Shown piece after piece: positions 31,090-41,328 of a stretch of 64,000 bases of DNA (position 1 is its first letter; each line of letters opens with the position of its first letter). Origin of the DNA: Clostridia bacterium (lineage in GTDB: Bacteria > Bacillota > Clostridia > UMGS1883 > UMGS1540). The notes under the pieces are model-generated. The model saw only the letters and a program-made list of their open reading frames with translations, was not told the origin of the DNA and did not search any database. Position numbers and translations under genes: made by a program. Location of the stretch: contig JAZSLT010000010.1 in assembly GCA_045535515.1 (NCBI GenBank), positions 1,916-65,915 on the forward strand, written 5' to 3'.

Positions 31090-31674
31090 TTAAAAGCCCT
31101 CCCCCGTGAGGGCGTCGAGCGTTTTTCCATATCCTTCAATAAAATGGTCGAAAAAGAGCTGCACTTCTTCTACGCCGCTCTCATCCAGCGCGCGCCGTAT
31201 GCTTTCCTTCGCGGCCGAAAACTCGCGGTTGCCGCTTTTCTCTTCTTCTATACATTTGATATACGCCGAAAGCTTGTCCGCCGCCTTCACAATCGCGCGT
31301 GCTTCCTCATTTTCGGGAGAAATCAGGGGCGAAAAGGCGGCGCGCATTTCCTCGGGCAGCATCCCGACAAGCTTTTCCTCCGTTTCCTTCTCAAGCGTCT
31401 TATACGCCCGGGCGAGATTTGGATTATTATACTTTACGGGCGTTGGCATATCGCCGGTGATAATTTCCGGCGCATCGTGATAAAGCGCAATGAGCGCGCA
31501 AAAGGCGGCATCGTGCTTTTTGCCGAGGTAGCAATTTCCCAAGGTGGCCAGCGCGTGCGAAAGCATCGCGACCTCCATGGTGTGCTCGCTCAGGGTTTCC
31601 TGCCGCGTAGAGCGCATCAGCGCCCAGCGGTCAATATATTTCATACGGGAGAGCAGGGCGAAAAAATTGCTCAT
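31090..31674 (-). CDS. HD-domain phosphohydrolase (YfbR-like 5'-deoxynucleotidase family)
   Basis: HD motif (LSEHTMEVAMLSHALA...YHDAPEIITGD). 194 aa. Confidence 0.7.
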   Translation of the reverse strand: MSNFFALLSRMKYIDRWALMRSTRQETLSEHTMEVAMLSHALATLGNCYLGKKHDAAFCALIALYHDAPEIITGDMPTPVKYNNPNLARAYKTLEKETEEKLVGMLPEEMRAAFSPLISPENEEARAIVKAADKLSAYIKCIEEEKSGNREFSAAKESIRRALDESGVEEVQLFFDHFIEGYGKTLDALTGEGF

Positions 31675-31675
31675 T

Positions 31676-32581
31676 TTATTTTCTCCTTCCGTTTATTTCT
31701 TCCGAAAGTACAAAGGTTTTGCCGGCAACGGCATCAAGTGGGCCGCCGTCAGGCGAAAAGGCAAAATGGATTTTATAGGCGCATAAATCCTGCCCCCTGC
31801 CGCCGCTTCCGTATTTGGCATCGCCGACGAGCGGACAGCCGATAGAGGCAAGGTGCACGCGTATCTGGTGCGAGCGGCCGGAAAAAAGCTCCGCCTCTAC
31901 TAGGCTCGTTTTCCCGTCCGAGGAAAGCGTGCGGTAGTGCGTTTCGGCGCGTTTGCCGCCGTCGCCGATGCGGCTCTTGTTCGTTTTTTCATCTTTTAAA
32001 AGCGCACCGCGAAGGATGCCTTCTTTTGGATTTGGCACACCCTCCACGCGGCAAAGGTATAGCTTTCGTACTTCGCCCTTCCTGATTTTCTCGTTCATGG
32101 CGCGAAGAGAGACAAGCGTTTTGGCGCCGATAACAAGGCCGCGCGTGTTAAAATCCAGGCGGTTACAAAGGGCCGGCGTAAAGCCGTTTTCAGCCTTTGG
32201 CGAAAAGGCGCCCTTTTCATAAAGATACCACAAAAAGCGGTCTATGAGCGTATTTTCGGTGTGCGTTTTATCCGGCTGGGTGGCAAGGTGTGCCGGCTTT
32301 ACAAGGAGCGCAATATGCTCGTCCTCATAGAAAACCGAAACGCCCCCGGCTTTTTTTGGTGCGGCAGGCGCGCAAGACAGGAGCGCCTCGTCCCCGAAGA
32401 ATTTAATCTCGTCCCCTTCGCATAGGCGCGCGCCCGGCGCCGGTTTTTTGCCGCAGACCTTTATTTTCCCCGTCCGCATATATTTATAAATCAGACTTTT
32501 GGGCGCAGTGGGCATAAGGCGCGCAAAAAACGCGTCTACCCGCTTGCCGTCGTCATTTTTTCCGGCCGTAAATATCCTCAT
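31676..32581 (-). CDS. RluA-family pseudouridine synthase
   Basis: An RluA catalytic motif region (HxxRxDxxTSG-like: ETHYRTL...SGRSHQIRVHLASIG). 301 aa. Confidence 0.75.
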   Translation of the reverse strand: MRIFTAGKNDDGKRVDAFFARLMPTAPKSLIYKYMRTGKIKVCGKKPAPGARLCEGDEIKFFGDEALLSCAPAAPKKAGGVSVFYEDEHIALLVKPAHLATQPDKTHTENTLIDRFLWYLYEKGAFSPKAENGFTPALCNRLDFNTRGLVIGAKTLVSLRAMNEKIRKGEVRKLYLCRVEGVPNPKEGILRGALLKDEKTNKSRIGDGGKRAETHYRTLSSDGKTSLVEAELFSGRSHQIRVHLASIGCPLVGDAKYGSGGRGQDLCAYKIHFAFSPDGGPLDAVAGKTFVLSEEINGRRK

Positions 32582-33375
32582 TGCGGCGGAATGTGGCCGA
32601 CATCCGGCAGGATGTAGCTGGGACGGTAGGGGAATTCGGAAAGCTCCTTCTCGCCCGTTACGCCGCTGAGAACCAAAATGGTGTCAATCTCCGTCTGAAT
32701 ACCGGAGAGAATGTCGGTGTCCATTCTGTCCCCCACGATAGCCGTGCCCTGCCGCCGTGTGCCGAGCTTTCGCATGGCGTGGCGCATGATAATCGGGTTC
32801 GGCTTTCCGATAAAATAAGCACTTCGCCCTGTGGCCAGCTCGATGGGCGCCGTCAGCGCGCGGCAGGCCGGTAAAAGGCCGCGTTCGGAAGGTCCCGTAA
32901 GGTCGGTATTCGTACCGATGAGTTTGGCACCGCCAAGGACAAGGCGAATGGCGTGTTCAATCTTTTCAAAGCTGTAGGAACGGCTTTCGCCGACGACCAC
33001 ATAGTCGGGATTATAGTCGTTCATGGCAATTCCGGCATCATAAAGCGCGCCCGTAAGGCCCGGCTCGCCGATAACATACGCGCTTCCGCCCGGGCATTGG
33101 CTCGAGAGGAAGGAGGCGGTGGCGAGGGCGCTTGTGTAAAAGTGGGACGCGTCAATATCCAGCCCCAGCCGCGCCATCTTCTGAGAAAGCTCACGCGGGG
33201 AGCGCTCGCTGCTGTTCGTTAAAAAGAGAAACTCCTTTTTTTCGCGGCGGAGCCAATCGAGAAAACGGTCCACCCCTTCAAGGAGACGCGAGCCGTGATA
33301 GATAACACCGTCCATATCACAGATAAAGCCCTTTTTCTCGTGAATGGCCTCCAGATTTTTTGAAATTTCAATCAT
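32578..33375 (-). CDS. HAD-IIA family hydrolase (NagD-like sugar phosphatase)
   Basis: DMDGVIY motif I, with the other HAD motifs present. 265 aa. Confidence 0.75.
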   Translation of the reverse strand: MIEISKNLEAIHEKKGFICDMDGVIYHGSRLLEGVDRFLDWLRREKKEFLFLTNSSERSPRELSQKMARLGLDIDASHFYTSALATASFLSSQCPGGSAYVIGEPGLTGALYDAGIAMNDYNPDYVVVGESRSYSFEKIEHAIRLVLGGAKLIGTNTDLTGPSERGLLPACRALTAPIELATGRSAYFIGKPNPIIMRHAMRKLGTRRQGTAIVGDRMDTDILSGIQTEIDTILVLSGVTGEKELSEFPYRPSYILPDVGHIPPQ

Positions 33376-33390
33376 GCTTGTTTCCTTTCT

Positions 33391-34395
33391 TTATACAGGG
33401 GCTGTTTCTCCTGCCGCATACGCCGCACACCCTTTTTCGGCGCGGACAAGGCGGAGACGAACGCCGTATTTTTCGGATAAATAAATAAAATTCTCTTTTT
33501 TCTGCCCGACCACCAAGGAGGTCAGCTTTTCCTCGCAAAAAATAGTGATTTCCGGCCCCCGGAGCCGGGAAACGGCGCGTTCAAGGCGGTTTCGCCATAC
33601 TCTTGCCCGCACAAGCTGCCCCATCGCCGGATGGTATGCGCCGCCTTTCACCGTAGAAAAAAGCGTGTCCGTTTCCTGCAGGCCTATGCGGATAACCTGC
33701 ACGCCGCCGTCCTCCAAAACAGAAAGGCAGGCGGCCGCACGCGCGATGGTATCTTCCATGGAGGGCGGCGTATAGCGCCCCTCCTCCAGCATACGGCAAA
33801 GCGGCGAAGCGGAGAATACAACCGTCGGATAAATGCGCGCGATATCGGCGCCCATTTCTACAAAGCGGCGCGCCGTCAAAAGCTCGGTCTCGGGCGTGGA
33901 GGCCGGAAGCCCCGTCATCATCTGCAGACCTAATGTGGCACCGCCCCTCCTTATAAGCGCGGCGGCGCGGCAGGTATCCTCGCTCGTGTGGCCGCGGCCG
34001 GAGGCAGAAAGCACGGCATCCGACATCGACTGCGCGCCAAGCTCTATTGTTTTCACTCCATAAGAGGTGAGAAAATCCACCGTTTCGGCATCTATCAGGT
34101 CCGGCCGCGTGGAAATGCGGATGCTTTCCACCCGTCCGCTTTTTAAAAACGGCGATGCGGCGGAAAGGTAAGAAACTTGCGCCTCGCGCGAAATACCGGT
34201 AAAGCTGCCGCCGAAAAAGGCCACCTCGGCGCGTTTTTGCGGGTTCTTTTCTAAAAATTGCCCGATAGAAAAAGCGACGCTTTCCGCAGAAGGCGCCGCC
34301 TGCACATTCGTCACCGACCTTTGGTTGCAAAAGACGCAATCGTGCGCACAACCCAGATGGGGAATAAAAATCGGAATACAAAAACGCGTTTTCAT
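33391..34395 (-). CDS. radical SAM protein (TIGR01212-like, CxxxCxxC)
   Basis: CAHDCVFC cluster near the N-terminus. Start at MKTRFC (34395), where ATGA overlaps the rnc stop. Confidence 0.65.
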   Translation of the reverse strand: MKTRFCIPIFIPHLGCAHDCVFCNQRSVTNVQAAPSAESVAFSIGQFLEKNPQKRAEVAFFGGSFTGISREAQVSYLSAASPFLKSGRVESIRISTRPDLIDAETVDFLTSYGVKTIELGAQSMSDAVLSASGRGHTSEDTCRAAALIRRGGATLGLQMMTGLPASTPETELLTARRFVEMGADIARIYPTVVFSASPLCRMLEEGRYTPPSMEDTIARAAACLSVLEDGGVQVIRIGLQETDTLFSTVKGGAYHPAMGQLVRARVWRNRLERAVSRLRGPEITIFCEEKLTSLVVGQKKENFIYLSEKYGVRLRLVRAEKGCAAYAAGETAPV

Positions 34396-35075
34396 ATAAG
34401 GCCCTCCAGCGCCTCTTTGGCCGCCGCTTGCTCGGCCGCCTTTTTCGTTTTGCCGCGCCCCGTTCCGAGACATGTCCCTTCCCAAAACGCGGAAACGGTA
34501 AACTCCTTCGCATGGTCCGGTCCGTTTTCCTCTATGACGACATAGCGGACAGAAGCGACATTTTTGCCCTGCAGGCGTTCCTGCAGCGCCGTTTTATAAT
34601 CGCGCGCGGCACCGCCGCCGATAGCCTCTTCTATCGTTTCGGTCAAAAAGGAAAGCACATATTTTTCGGCTTTTTCGCGCCCGCCGTCTAAATACAGCGC
34701 GGCAATCAGCGCCTCCATAGCATCGGCCAAAACCGAAGGACGCGTTCTTCCGCCGCTTGCCGCCTCGCCCCGTCCGAGACGAAGGTAGCGGCCGATATCC
34801 ATTTTTTGGGCATGAAAAGCGAGCGCCCCCTCGCATACGCTCTGGGCGCGCACCCGCGTCATCTCCCCCTCGGAAATGGAAGGGGTGCGGGCAAACAGAT
34901 AGTCACTCACAATAATACTGAGGACGGCATCCCCCAAAAACTCCAGCCGCTCATTGGAGGCACAGCGGTTTTCGTTGGCGAAGGAGCTGTGTGTAAGCGC
35001 CTCTAAAAGAAGCGCGGGGCGGACAAAGGTGTGCGCCATCCGTGCTTCAAAAAAGGCAAGAGCTGTCTTAGGCAT
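34392..35075 (-). CDS. rnc: ribonuclease III
   Basis: [10 protein letters not shown] signature, catalytic [11 protein letters not shown] and a C-terminal dsRBD. The start is uncertain: internal ATG at 35075 (MPKTAL) or the ORF-track ATG at 35099. Confidence 0.85.
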   Translation of the reverse strand: MPKTALAFFEARMAHTFVRPALLLEALTHSSFANENRCASNERLEFLGDAVLSIIVSDYLFARTPSISEGEMTRVRAQSVCEGALAFHAQKMDIGRYLRLGRGEAASGGRTRPSVLADAMEALIAALYLDGGREKAEKYVLSFLTETIEEAIGGGAARDYKTALQERLQGKNVASVRYVVIEENGPDHAKEFTVSAFWEGTCLGTGRGKTKKAAEQAAAKEALEGLI

Positions 35076-35295
35076 GCGATTTAATGTAGGAAACGGCATC
35101 GCCTACGGTGCGGATGCTCTCCGCCTCTTCATCGGAAATGGAGAGAGAAAACTCATCCTCAAAGGACATAATCAGCTCCACAAGGTCCAGCGAATCGGCA
35201 CCGAGGGTGTCAACAAAAGAGTCACTTTCCGTAATGCTTGCGGCATCCATACCAAGCTGTTCTGCGATAATATCGGCTACTTTTTCAAAAATCAT
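35068..35295 (-). CDS. acpP: acyl carrier protein
   Basis: 75 aa with the [11 protein letters not shown] phosphopantetheine-attachment motif. Confidence 0.9.
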   Translation of the reverse strand: MIFEKVADIIAEQLGMDAASITESDSFVDTLGADSLDLVELIMSFEDEFSLSISDEEAESIRTVGDAVSYIKSHA

Positions 35296-35498
35296 TTTTC
35301 ATCTTCCTTTCTAATGGACGAGGCGGAAAAACCAGCCTCGATTATTAGCTATTATAGTTTATTCCAAGGAAAAAAGCAAGAGTTTTTACATTTTTTATGG
35401 AAAAACAATTTTCTTATTTTCCGCGCGCAAAAAAAGCTGGCATTTTTAAAAGGAATGTGCTATACTTATAGTATATGTAAAAAGAGGAGGTATTACCC

Positions 35499-36323
35499 TT
35501 GCAATATGTAGAATCCATGCTGCTTGGTTTAATTCAGGGACTGACGGAGTTTCTGCCTGTGTCAAGCTCCGGTCATCTCGCCATTTTCAAGCGGATTTTA
35601 GGCGCGGATGCCCTTTCGACAACGCTCACGATGGACATTTTGTTACATATCGGAACGCTTTTTGCTGTTTTCCTGATGTATTACAAGGATATATGGGCGC
35701 TCGTGCGTGAATTTTTTTGTATGGTGTGGGACGCCTTGCGCGGAAAGCCGGACTTTAAATCGCCGTACCGCCGCTTTGTGCTGATGGTGATTATCGGCTC
35801 CATTCCCGCCGGCGTGGTGGGCGTGGCTTTAAAGGATGTTATCCCTACATTGCCGCTTTATTGTGTGGGCATCTGCCTTTTTATAACGGCACTGCTTCTC
35901 TGGCTTTCCGACAAAATGGCCGAGGGGAAGAAAACGATGGAAACGGCCTCGTACCCCTCCTCGCTTTTCGTCGGCCTTTTTCAGGCGGTGGCGATTTTGC
36001 CCGGCATCAGCCGCTCCGGCTCTACGATTGTGGGGGCGCTCTCGGCCGGCTATGCGCGTGAATTTGCCGTAAAATATTCCTTTATTTTGTCCATTCCGGC
36101 TATACTGGGCGCGGCGCTGCTCGATGCGGTAGATATTATAAAAAGCGGTACGATTGGGATTAGCATAGGCCCTGCGCTCGCCGGTATGGCGGTAGCCGCC
36201 GTCAGCGGTTTTCTGGCGATTCGCTGGCTACTTCGCCTCGTACAAAAAAGCCGCTTTCATTATTTTTCCTATTACTGCGCGGCGGCCGGGATACTGGCCA
36301 TCATTTTGCATTTCGGAGGGTAA
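35499..36323 (+). CDS. uppP: undecaprenyl-diphosphatase
   Basis: Conserved BacA/UppP motifs (GLIQGLTEFLPVSSSGHL; PGISRSGSTI). 274 aa with 8 TM helices. Confidence 0.9.
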   Translation: MQYVESMLLGLIQGLTEFLPVSSSGHLAIFKRILGADALSTTLTMDILLHIGTLFAVFLMYYKDIWALVREFFCMVWDALRGKPDFKSPYRRFVLMVIIGSIPAGVVGVALKDVIPTLPLYCVGICLFITALLLWLSDKMAEGKKTMETASYPSSLFVGLFQAVAILPGISRSGSTIVGALSAGYAREFAVKYSFILSIPAILGAALLDAVDIIKSGTIGISIGPALAGMAVAAVSGFLAIRWLLRLVQKSRFHYFSYYCAAAGILAIILHFGG

Positions 36324-36326
36324 GGT

Positions 36327-38591
36327 ATGGCACAGAGAAAACGGATTCCCGCCAAAAGCGTGCCGAAGAAAAACGGCATGACGCGGGAGATGTGGGCGAT
36401 AATATGGATTGCCGCAGGCATTATTGCGGCGCTTTGCCTGTATACGGAGGCGGCGGCCTCGCCCTTAGGCAGCGCGGTGGGCGCGCTCGTGCTTGGCACG
36501 ATGGGCGCGGTCGGGTATGCCCTGCCTGTTTTTCTTCTTGTTTTCGGTCTGCATTACCTTGTGCAGCGCGATTTTAAAAGGGTTCGGCGGTACTATATAC
36601 AGGGCATGGTGCTCCTTGTTTTGTTGAGCGCAGTTTTGCATTTGTTCCGCGGCAACCACTCGTGGGATTTTGCCCTGTATTATGAAAACCACGGCGCGGG
36701 CGGCATTATAGGGGGACTACTTGCGACCACGATGGTAAAGCTTGCGGATGTGGCCGTTTCGGCGGTTGTATTTATTCTGGCGATGCTTCTGATTCTCGGC
36801 AACATGACGGGCGTTTCCGTTTCGGATATCGTGGAAAGGGCAAGGCTGTATTTCGAGAATAAGAGAAATGCGCGTCCGGTAAAGGAAGAAAGGCCGGCAG
36901 CGGACAAGCCCCCCGTAAAGAAAAAGAAGGCGGAGGCACCGGCCGAGGGAGAAGAGGAGCCTTTCGACTTTAATAAAATCAAAATTTTCACGCATGACCA
37001 GATGACGGTAAACGATGTGTCGGACGAGGCGGAAGTCCCGATAGATACACCCGCGGAAGAGAACACGGCCGAGGCGGAAGAGGAGGCCGCCCCGCCGGTA
37101 GCCGTTTCGGAAATCGCGGCGGAGATTACCGAGCGGAGGGAGGAGCGCATTTATGTTTATCCTTCCACCGACCTTCTGGAAAGACCGATGAGTGCGAAAA
37201 GCGAAAAGGCGGAGGATTTGCGCGAAAGCGCGCGAAAGCTCGTGGAAACATTAAAGAGCTTTGGCGTGGAGGCGAAGATTTTAGAGGTTACGAAGGGCCC
37301 GAACATTACAAGATACGAGCTGCAGCCGAGCGCCGGCGTCAAGGTCAGCAAAATTGTAAATCTTGCAGACGATATTGCCCTAAACCTGGCCGCTACGGCG
37401 GTGCGTATTGAGGCCCCTATCCCCGGAAAAGCGGCGGTGGGCATTGAGGTTCCGAACCAAAAGGGAACGACCGTCACTTTACGCGAAATGCTGGAAACGC
37501 CGGAATTTAAGAATTTCAAGGCGAAGACGGCGTTTGCGGTGGGTAAAACGATTTCCGGCGAAACGATGGTGGCGGACCTTTCCAAAATGCCGCACCTTCT
37601 CATTGCCGGTGCCACCGGCTCCGGTAAAAGCGTTTGCATAAACACGCTGATTGCAAGCCTTATCTACAAGGCGGCGCCGGAGGATGTGCGCCTTTTGATG
37701 ATTGACCCGAAGGTGGTGGAGCTAAAAGTTTATAACGGCCTTCCCCATCTTTTAATTCCTGTTGTGACAGACCCCCGAAAAGCGGCCGGTGCCTTAAACT
37801 GGGCGGTGACGGAGATGCTCCGCCGCTACAAGCTTTTCTCGGAAAGTAATGTGCGAAACCTTGCCGGCTATAACGAGTTTTTAGTCAGCGAAGGCGAAAA
37901 AACGATGGAATCCATTATTATTGTGGTGGACGAGCTTGCCGACCTTATGATGGCCGCGCCGCATGAGGTGGAGGATGCGATTTGCCGTCTGGCGCAGATG
38001 GGGCGTGCGGCCGGCATGCACCTTGTCATCGCTACCCAGCGCCCGAGCGTCGATGTTATTACCGGTCTTATCAAGGCGAACATTCCCTCGCGTATTGCGT
38101 TTGCGGTTGCCAGCCAAATTGACAGCCGTACCATTCTCGATATGATGGGCGCCGAAAAGCTTTTGGGAAAAGGTGATATGCTCTATCTGCCCTTTGGCGC
38201 ATCCAAGCCGATACGCCTGCAGGGTGCGTTTATTTCCGATGCCGAGGTGGAGCGGCTTGTCGATTTCGTCCGCGGGGACGAAGAGGCGGAATACGATGAG
38301 GAAATTATGGAAAGACTGGAAAGAGGCGAGGAGGCGGAGGACGATGACCCCGGTGACAGCGACGACCTTCTGCCCGAAGCCATTGAAATTGTAGTGGAAA
38401 GCGGACAAGCCTCGGTTTCGATGATACAAAGGCGGCTCAAGGTCGGCTACAGCCGCGCCGGCCGCATTGTAGACCAGATGGAGGCGCGCGGCATTATCGG
38501 CCCGCACGAGGGCAGTAAGCCGCGGCAGGTTCTGATAACCCGCCAGCAATATTATGAAATGACAATGCGCGAAAGCGATGCGGCGGAATAG
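36327..38591 (+). CDS. ftsK: DNA translocase FtsK/SpoIIIE
   Basis: N-terminal TM helices, a Pro/Glu-rich linker, an AAA+ motor (GATGSGKS) and a C-terminal gamma winged helix. Confidence 0.9.
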   Translation: MAQRKRIPAKSVPKKNGMTREMWAIIWIAAGIIAALCLYTEAAASPLGSAVGALVLGTMGAVGYALPVFLLVFGLHYLVQRDFKRVRRYYIQGMVLLVLLSAVLHLFRGNHSWDFALYYENHGAGGIIGGLLATTMVKLADVAVSAVVFILAMLLILGNMTGVSVSDIVERARLYFENKRNARPVKEERPAADKPPVKKKKAEAPAEGEEEPFDFNKIKIFTHDQMTVNDVSDEAEVPIDTPAEENTAEAEEEAAPPVAVSEIAAEITERREERIYVYPSTDLLERPMSAKSEKAEDLRESARKLVETLKSFGVEAKILEVTKGPNITRYELQPSAGVKVSKIVNLADDIALNLAATAVRIEAPIPGKAAVGIEVPNQKGTTVTLREMLETPEFKNFKAKTAFAVGKTISGETMVADLSKMPHLLIAGATGSGKSVCINTLIASLIYKAAPEDVRLLMIDPKVVELKVYNGLPHLLIPVVTDPRKAAGALNWAVTEMLRRYKLFSESNVRNLAGYNEFLVSEGEKTMESIIIVVDELADLMMAAPHEVEDAICRLAQMGRAAGMHLVIATQRPSVDVITGLIKANIPSRIAFAVASQIDSRTILDMMGAEKLLGKGDMLYLPFGASKPIRLQGAFISDAEVERLVDFVRGDEEAEYDEEIMERLERGEEAEDDDPGDSDDLLPEAIEIVVESGQASVSMIQRRLKVGYSRAGRIVDQMEARGIIGPHEGSKPRQVLITRQQYYEMTMRESDAAE

Positions 38592-38606
38592 GGAAAGGAA
38601 GGAAAA

Positions 38607-39776
38607 ATGAAAATTACCGACGATATTTTGTATGTAGGGGTAAACGACCACGAGGTAGACCTGTTTGAAGGACAATACAAGGTACCCGCCGGCATGGCGT
38701 ATAATTCCTATGTAATTACCGATGAAAAGACGGCCGTTTTCGATACGGTGGGCGCACCGTTTGGCGAGGAGTGGCTCGGGAACATCGAAGGGGCGCTGGG
38801 CGGGAAAAGTCCCGATTATCTTATAATCCAGCACATGGAGCCGGACCATTCGGCCTACATTGTGTCCTTTATGGAAAAATACGAGGCGGCAAGAATTGTG
38901 GCCAGCGCCAAGGCTTTTACCATGATGCGCCAGTTTTTCGGCACCGATTTTGCCGCGCGGCAGGTCGTGGTGGGAGAAGGCGACACGCTTTCGCTCGGCC
39001 GGCACAACCTGACATTTCTGACCGCGCCCATGGTACATTGGCCGGAGGTTATCGTAACCTACGACAGCACCGACCGCGTGCTCTTCTCGGCCGACGGGTT
39101 TGGAAAATTCGGCGCGCTCGATGCGGAAGAGGACTGGGCGTGCGAGGCGCGGCGGTATTATTTCGGCATCGTGGGTAAATACGGCGCACAGGTGCAGGCG
39201 CTTTTGAAAAAGGCGGAAAATTTGGAGATTTCCACTATCTGCCCTCTGCATGGACCGGTGCTTTCGGAAAATCTCGGGTATTATATAGACCTTTACAAAA
39301 CATGGTCGTCCTATACGCCGGAGAGTGCGGGCGTTTTCATCGCGTACGCCTCGATTTACGGCAACACAAAGCGGGCGGCGCTGGCGCTTTCGGAAAAGCT
39401 TAAAAGAGAAGGCTGCCCGCGCGTGGGCGTTTGCGATTTAGCGCGCGAGGATATGGCCGAGGCGGTGGAGGATGCGTTTAGGCACAGCCACCTCGTTTTA
39501 GCGGCGTCTACCTATAACGCCGATGTGTTCCCCTTTATGCGTACCTTTATCGAGGCGCTCGTCGAGCGGAATTTCCAAAACCGCACCGTGGCGCTCATCG
39601 AAAACGGCTCGTGGGCGCCCATGGCGGCGAAGAAGATGCGCGAGGCGCTTTCGCCCTGTAAAAATCTGACCTTTACGGAAAGCACCGTGCAGATTTTATC
39701 GGCACCAAACGAAGAAACCGACCGCGCTCTTTCGGCACTATGCCGGGAGCTTTGCGCGGATTTTGGGAAGGAGTAA
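38607..39776 (+). CDS. fprA: flavodiiron protein FprA (metallo-beta-lactamase + flavodoxin domains)
   Basis: Di-iron ligand motif HMEPDHS and a C-terminal flavodoxin-like domain. 389 aa. Confidence 0.8.
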   Translation: MKITDDILYVGVNDHEVDLFEGQYKVPAGMAYNSYVITDEKTAVFDTVGAPFGEEWLGNIEGALGGKSPDYLIIQHMEPDHSAYIVSFMEKYEAARIVASAKAFTMMRQFFGTDFAARQVVVGEGDTLSLGRHNLTFLTAPMVHWPEVIVTYDSTDRVLFSADGFGKFGALDAEEDWACEARRYYFGIVGKYGAQVQALLKKAENLEISTICPLHGPVLSENLGYYIDLYKTWSSYTPESAGVFIAYASIYGNTKRAALALSEKLKREGCPRVGVCDLAREDMAEAVEDAFRHSHLVLAASTYNADVFPFMRTFIEALVERNFQNRTVALIENGSWAPMAAKKMREALSPCKNLTFTESTVQILSAPNEETDRALSALCRELCADFGKE

Positions 39777-39781
39777 TACAG

Positions 39782-40999
39782 ATGATAAGAAAAATTCTGG
39801 CGGTTTCGCTTTCTGTTTTACTGCTGTGCGGCACAGCTTCTGCCGCGACGGTGGAATTTACCGTGGACAAAAACGCCTTCTTTATGGAGGAGGAAGGTGC
39901 GGCGGTGGAAAAGGCACTTGAGGCCGCGCCCTTTATCAGCGCGGCAGGCCGCACAATGGTACCGGTGCGCGCGATAGCGGAGGCATTTGGTGCCGCGGTC
40001 GGCTGGGAGGCAGAAGCCGCCCGCGTGACAATAAAGAAAGCCGATACGGAGATTACCTTGACTATCGGGCAGAGCGAGGCCTATATAAACGGCGCGCCCA
40101 CCGTTTTAGATGCGGCGCCGGAGATTGTAGAGGGCAGAACGATGGTTCCCCTTCGGTTTATCGGCGAGGCGCTCTCCTGTCAGGTACAGTATGTGGCGGC
40201 CACAAAGCAAATTCTGATAGAGGATGCGCCCGTCCTTCTCTCCTGCGGCACGCAAACGGCTTCGCTTTGGGACTTAAAGGCGGCGTATGCGTATCTTTAT
40301 AAATATTATGAAACCTGGCGCGGCGATATGGAGGAAGAAGAATACGCCGACACAGTCGCGTATCTTGCGACAGAGGCGGTCAGCGAGCAGCTTTACATAC
40401 GCGCGGCCTTCCCCGCGGCCTACCTTTCGGAGGCGGATGTGCTGACGGTGCAGTTTGCCGCCACCGAAACGGCAAAAATAGTTACGGTGCCGCTTAGTGG
40501 GTATCTCGCGCGCTGGATGGAAAACCTGTATTATCAGGACGGCGGCCCGATTGTGGACTTTATGCTGCGCGAGCGCGATATTGCAAAAATCTATACGGAT
40601 AATTTTGTATGCGCCAAGCACATTTTAGTCGAGGACGAGGCACTCGCCGGCGAAATTTACGAAAAAGCCGCAGGGGGCGCGGATTTTGACGCGCTTTTGG
40701 CAGAGCATAACATCGACCCCGGTATGGAACAGAACCCGGACGGGTATGTGTTTACAAAGGGCGAGATGGTAAAGCCGTTCGAAGAGGCGGCCTTCTCGGC
40801 GGCCGAGGGAGAAATTACAGCGCCTGTGCAAACGGACTACGGCTACCACATTATAAAGCGGATGCCGCTGCCCGCGATGGATGAAAGCGCCGCGGCAAAA
40901 ATTGCGCTTTCCGAGGCAGAGACGGTGCTGATGACGGCCGAGGCACCAACCTTTCACTACGATACGGAAACGCTTTGTAAAATGATTATAGCAGAATAA
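39782..40999 (+). CDS. secreted PpiC/parvulin-type peptidyl-prolyl isomerase with two copper-amine-oxidase-N-terminal-like repeats
   Basis: Signal peptide, a duplicated GRTMVP(V/L)R(A/F)I(A/G)EA motif and a C-terminal parvulin domain (...TDYGYHIIKR). Confidence 0.6.
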   Translation: MIRKILAVSLSVLLLCGTASAATVEFTVDKNAFFMEEEGAAVEKALEAAPFISAAGRTMVPVRAIAEAFGAAVGWEAEAARVTIKKADTEITLTIGQSEAYINGAPTVLDAAPEIVEGRTMVPLRFIGEALSCQVQYVAATKQILIEDAPVLLSCGTQTASLWDLKAAYAYLYKYYETWRGDMEEEEYADTVAYLATEAVSEQLYIRAAFPAAYLSEADVLTVQFAATETAKIVTVPLSGYLARWMENLYYQDGGPIVDFMLRERDIAKIYTDNFVCAKHILVEDEALAGEIYEKAAGGADFDALLAEHNIDPGMEQNPDGYVFTKGEMVKPFEEAAFSAAEGEITAPVQTDYGYHIIKRMPLPAMDESAAAKIALSEAETVLMTAEAPTFHYDTETLCKMIIAE

Positions 41000-41002
41000 A
41001 GA

Positions 41003-41035
41003 AGGTGGGCAAGGAAAAATCCTTGCCCACCGTTT
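41003..41035 (+). terminator. intrinsic terminator gtgggcaagg-aaaaat-ccttgcccac + TTTTTT
   Basis: A 10-bp GC-rich stem followed by a T-run, downstream of the PpiC-type gene. Confidence 0.6.
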
Positions 41036-41108
41036 TTTGATGTGGAAGGTAGTGTGCGCCTTTTCTACCCCCACCCGTATTTTAGGGAGGAGAAAAGTGC
41101 GCAGATTG

Positions 41109-41191
41109 GACAAACTGAGCGAAAACGAGGCAAAGCCTTGTTTTCGGGCACCCGAAGTCGTACATGGGTACGACGAGCGGCGAAGTTTGTT
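41109..41191 (+). ncRNA. three-way-junction structured repeat, copy E4
   Basis: P1 gacaaact/agtttgtt. P2 cgaaaacgaggc-aaa-gccttgttttcg. Conserved cacccgaagt. P3 tcgtac-atgg-gtacga. Conserved gagcggcgaag. The surrounding 237-bp segment is bracketed by 20-bp direct repeats at 41052-41071 and 41310-41329. Confidence 0.45.
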
Positions 41192-41328
41192 CAAAACACA
41201 AGGCAACAAAATAAAAAGGAATTCGCGCTTGACGAATTCCTTTCATAAAATCATTCACAAAAACGATGTTGTTTCTGTTTTATTATGGAATTACACCTTG
41301 CCTTGTGTGGTGTGCGCCTTTTCTACCC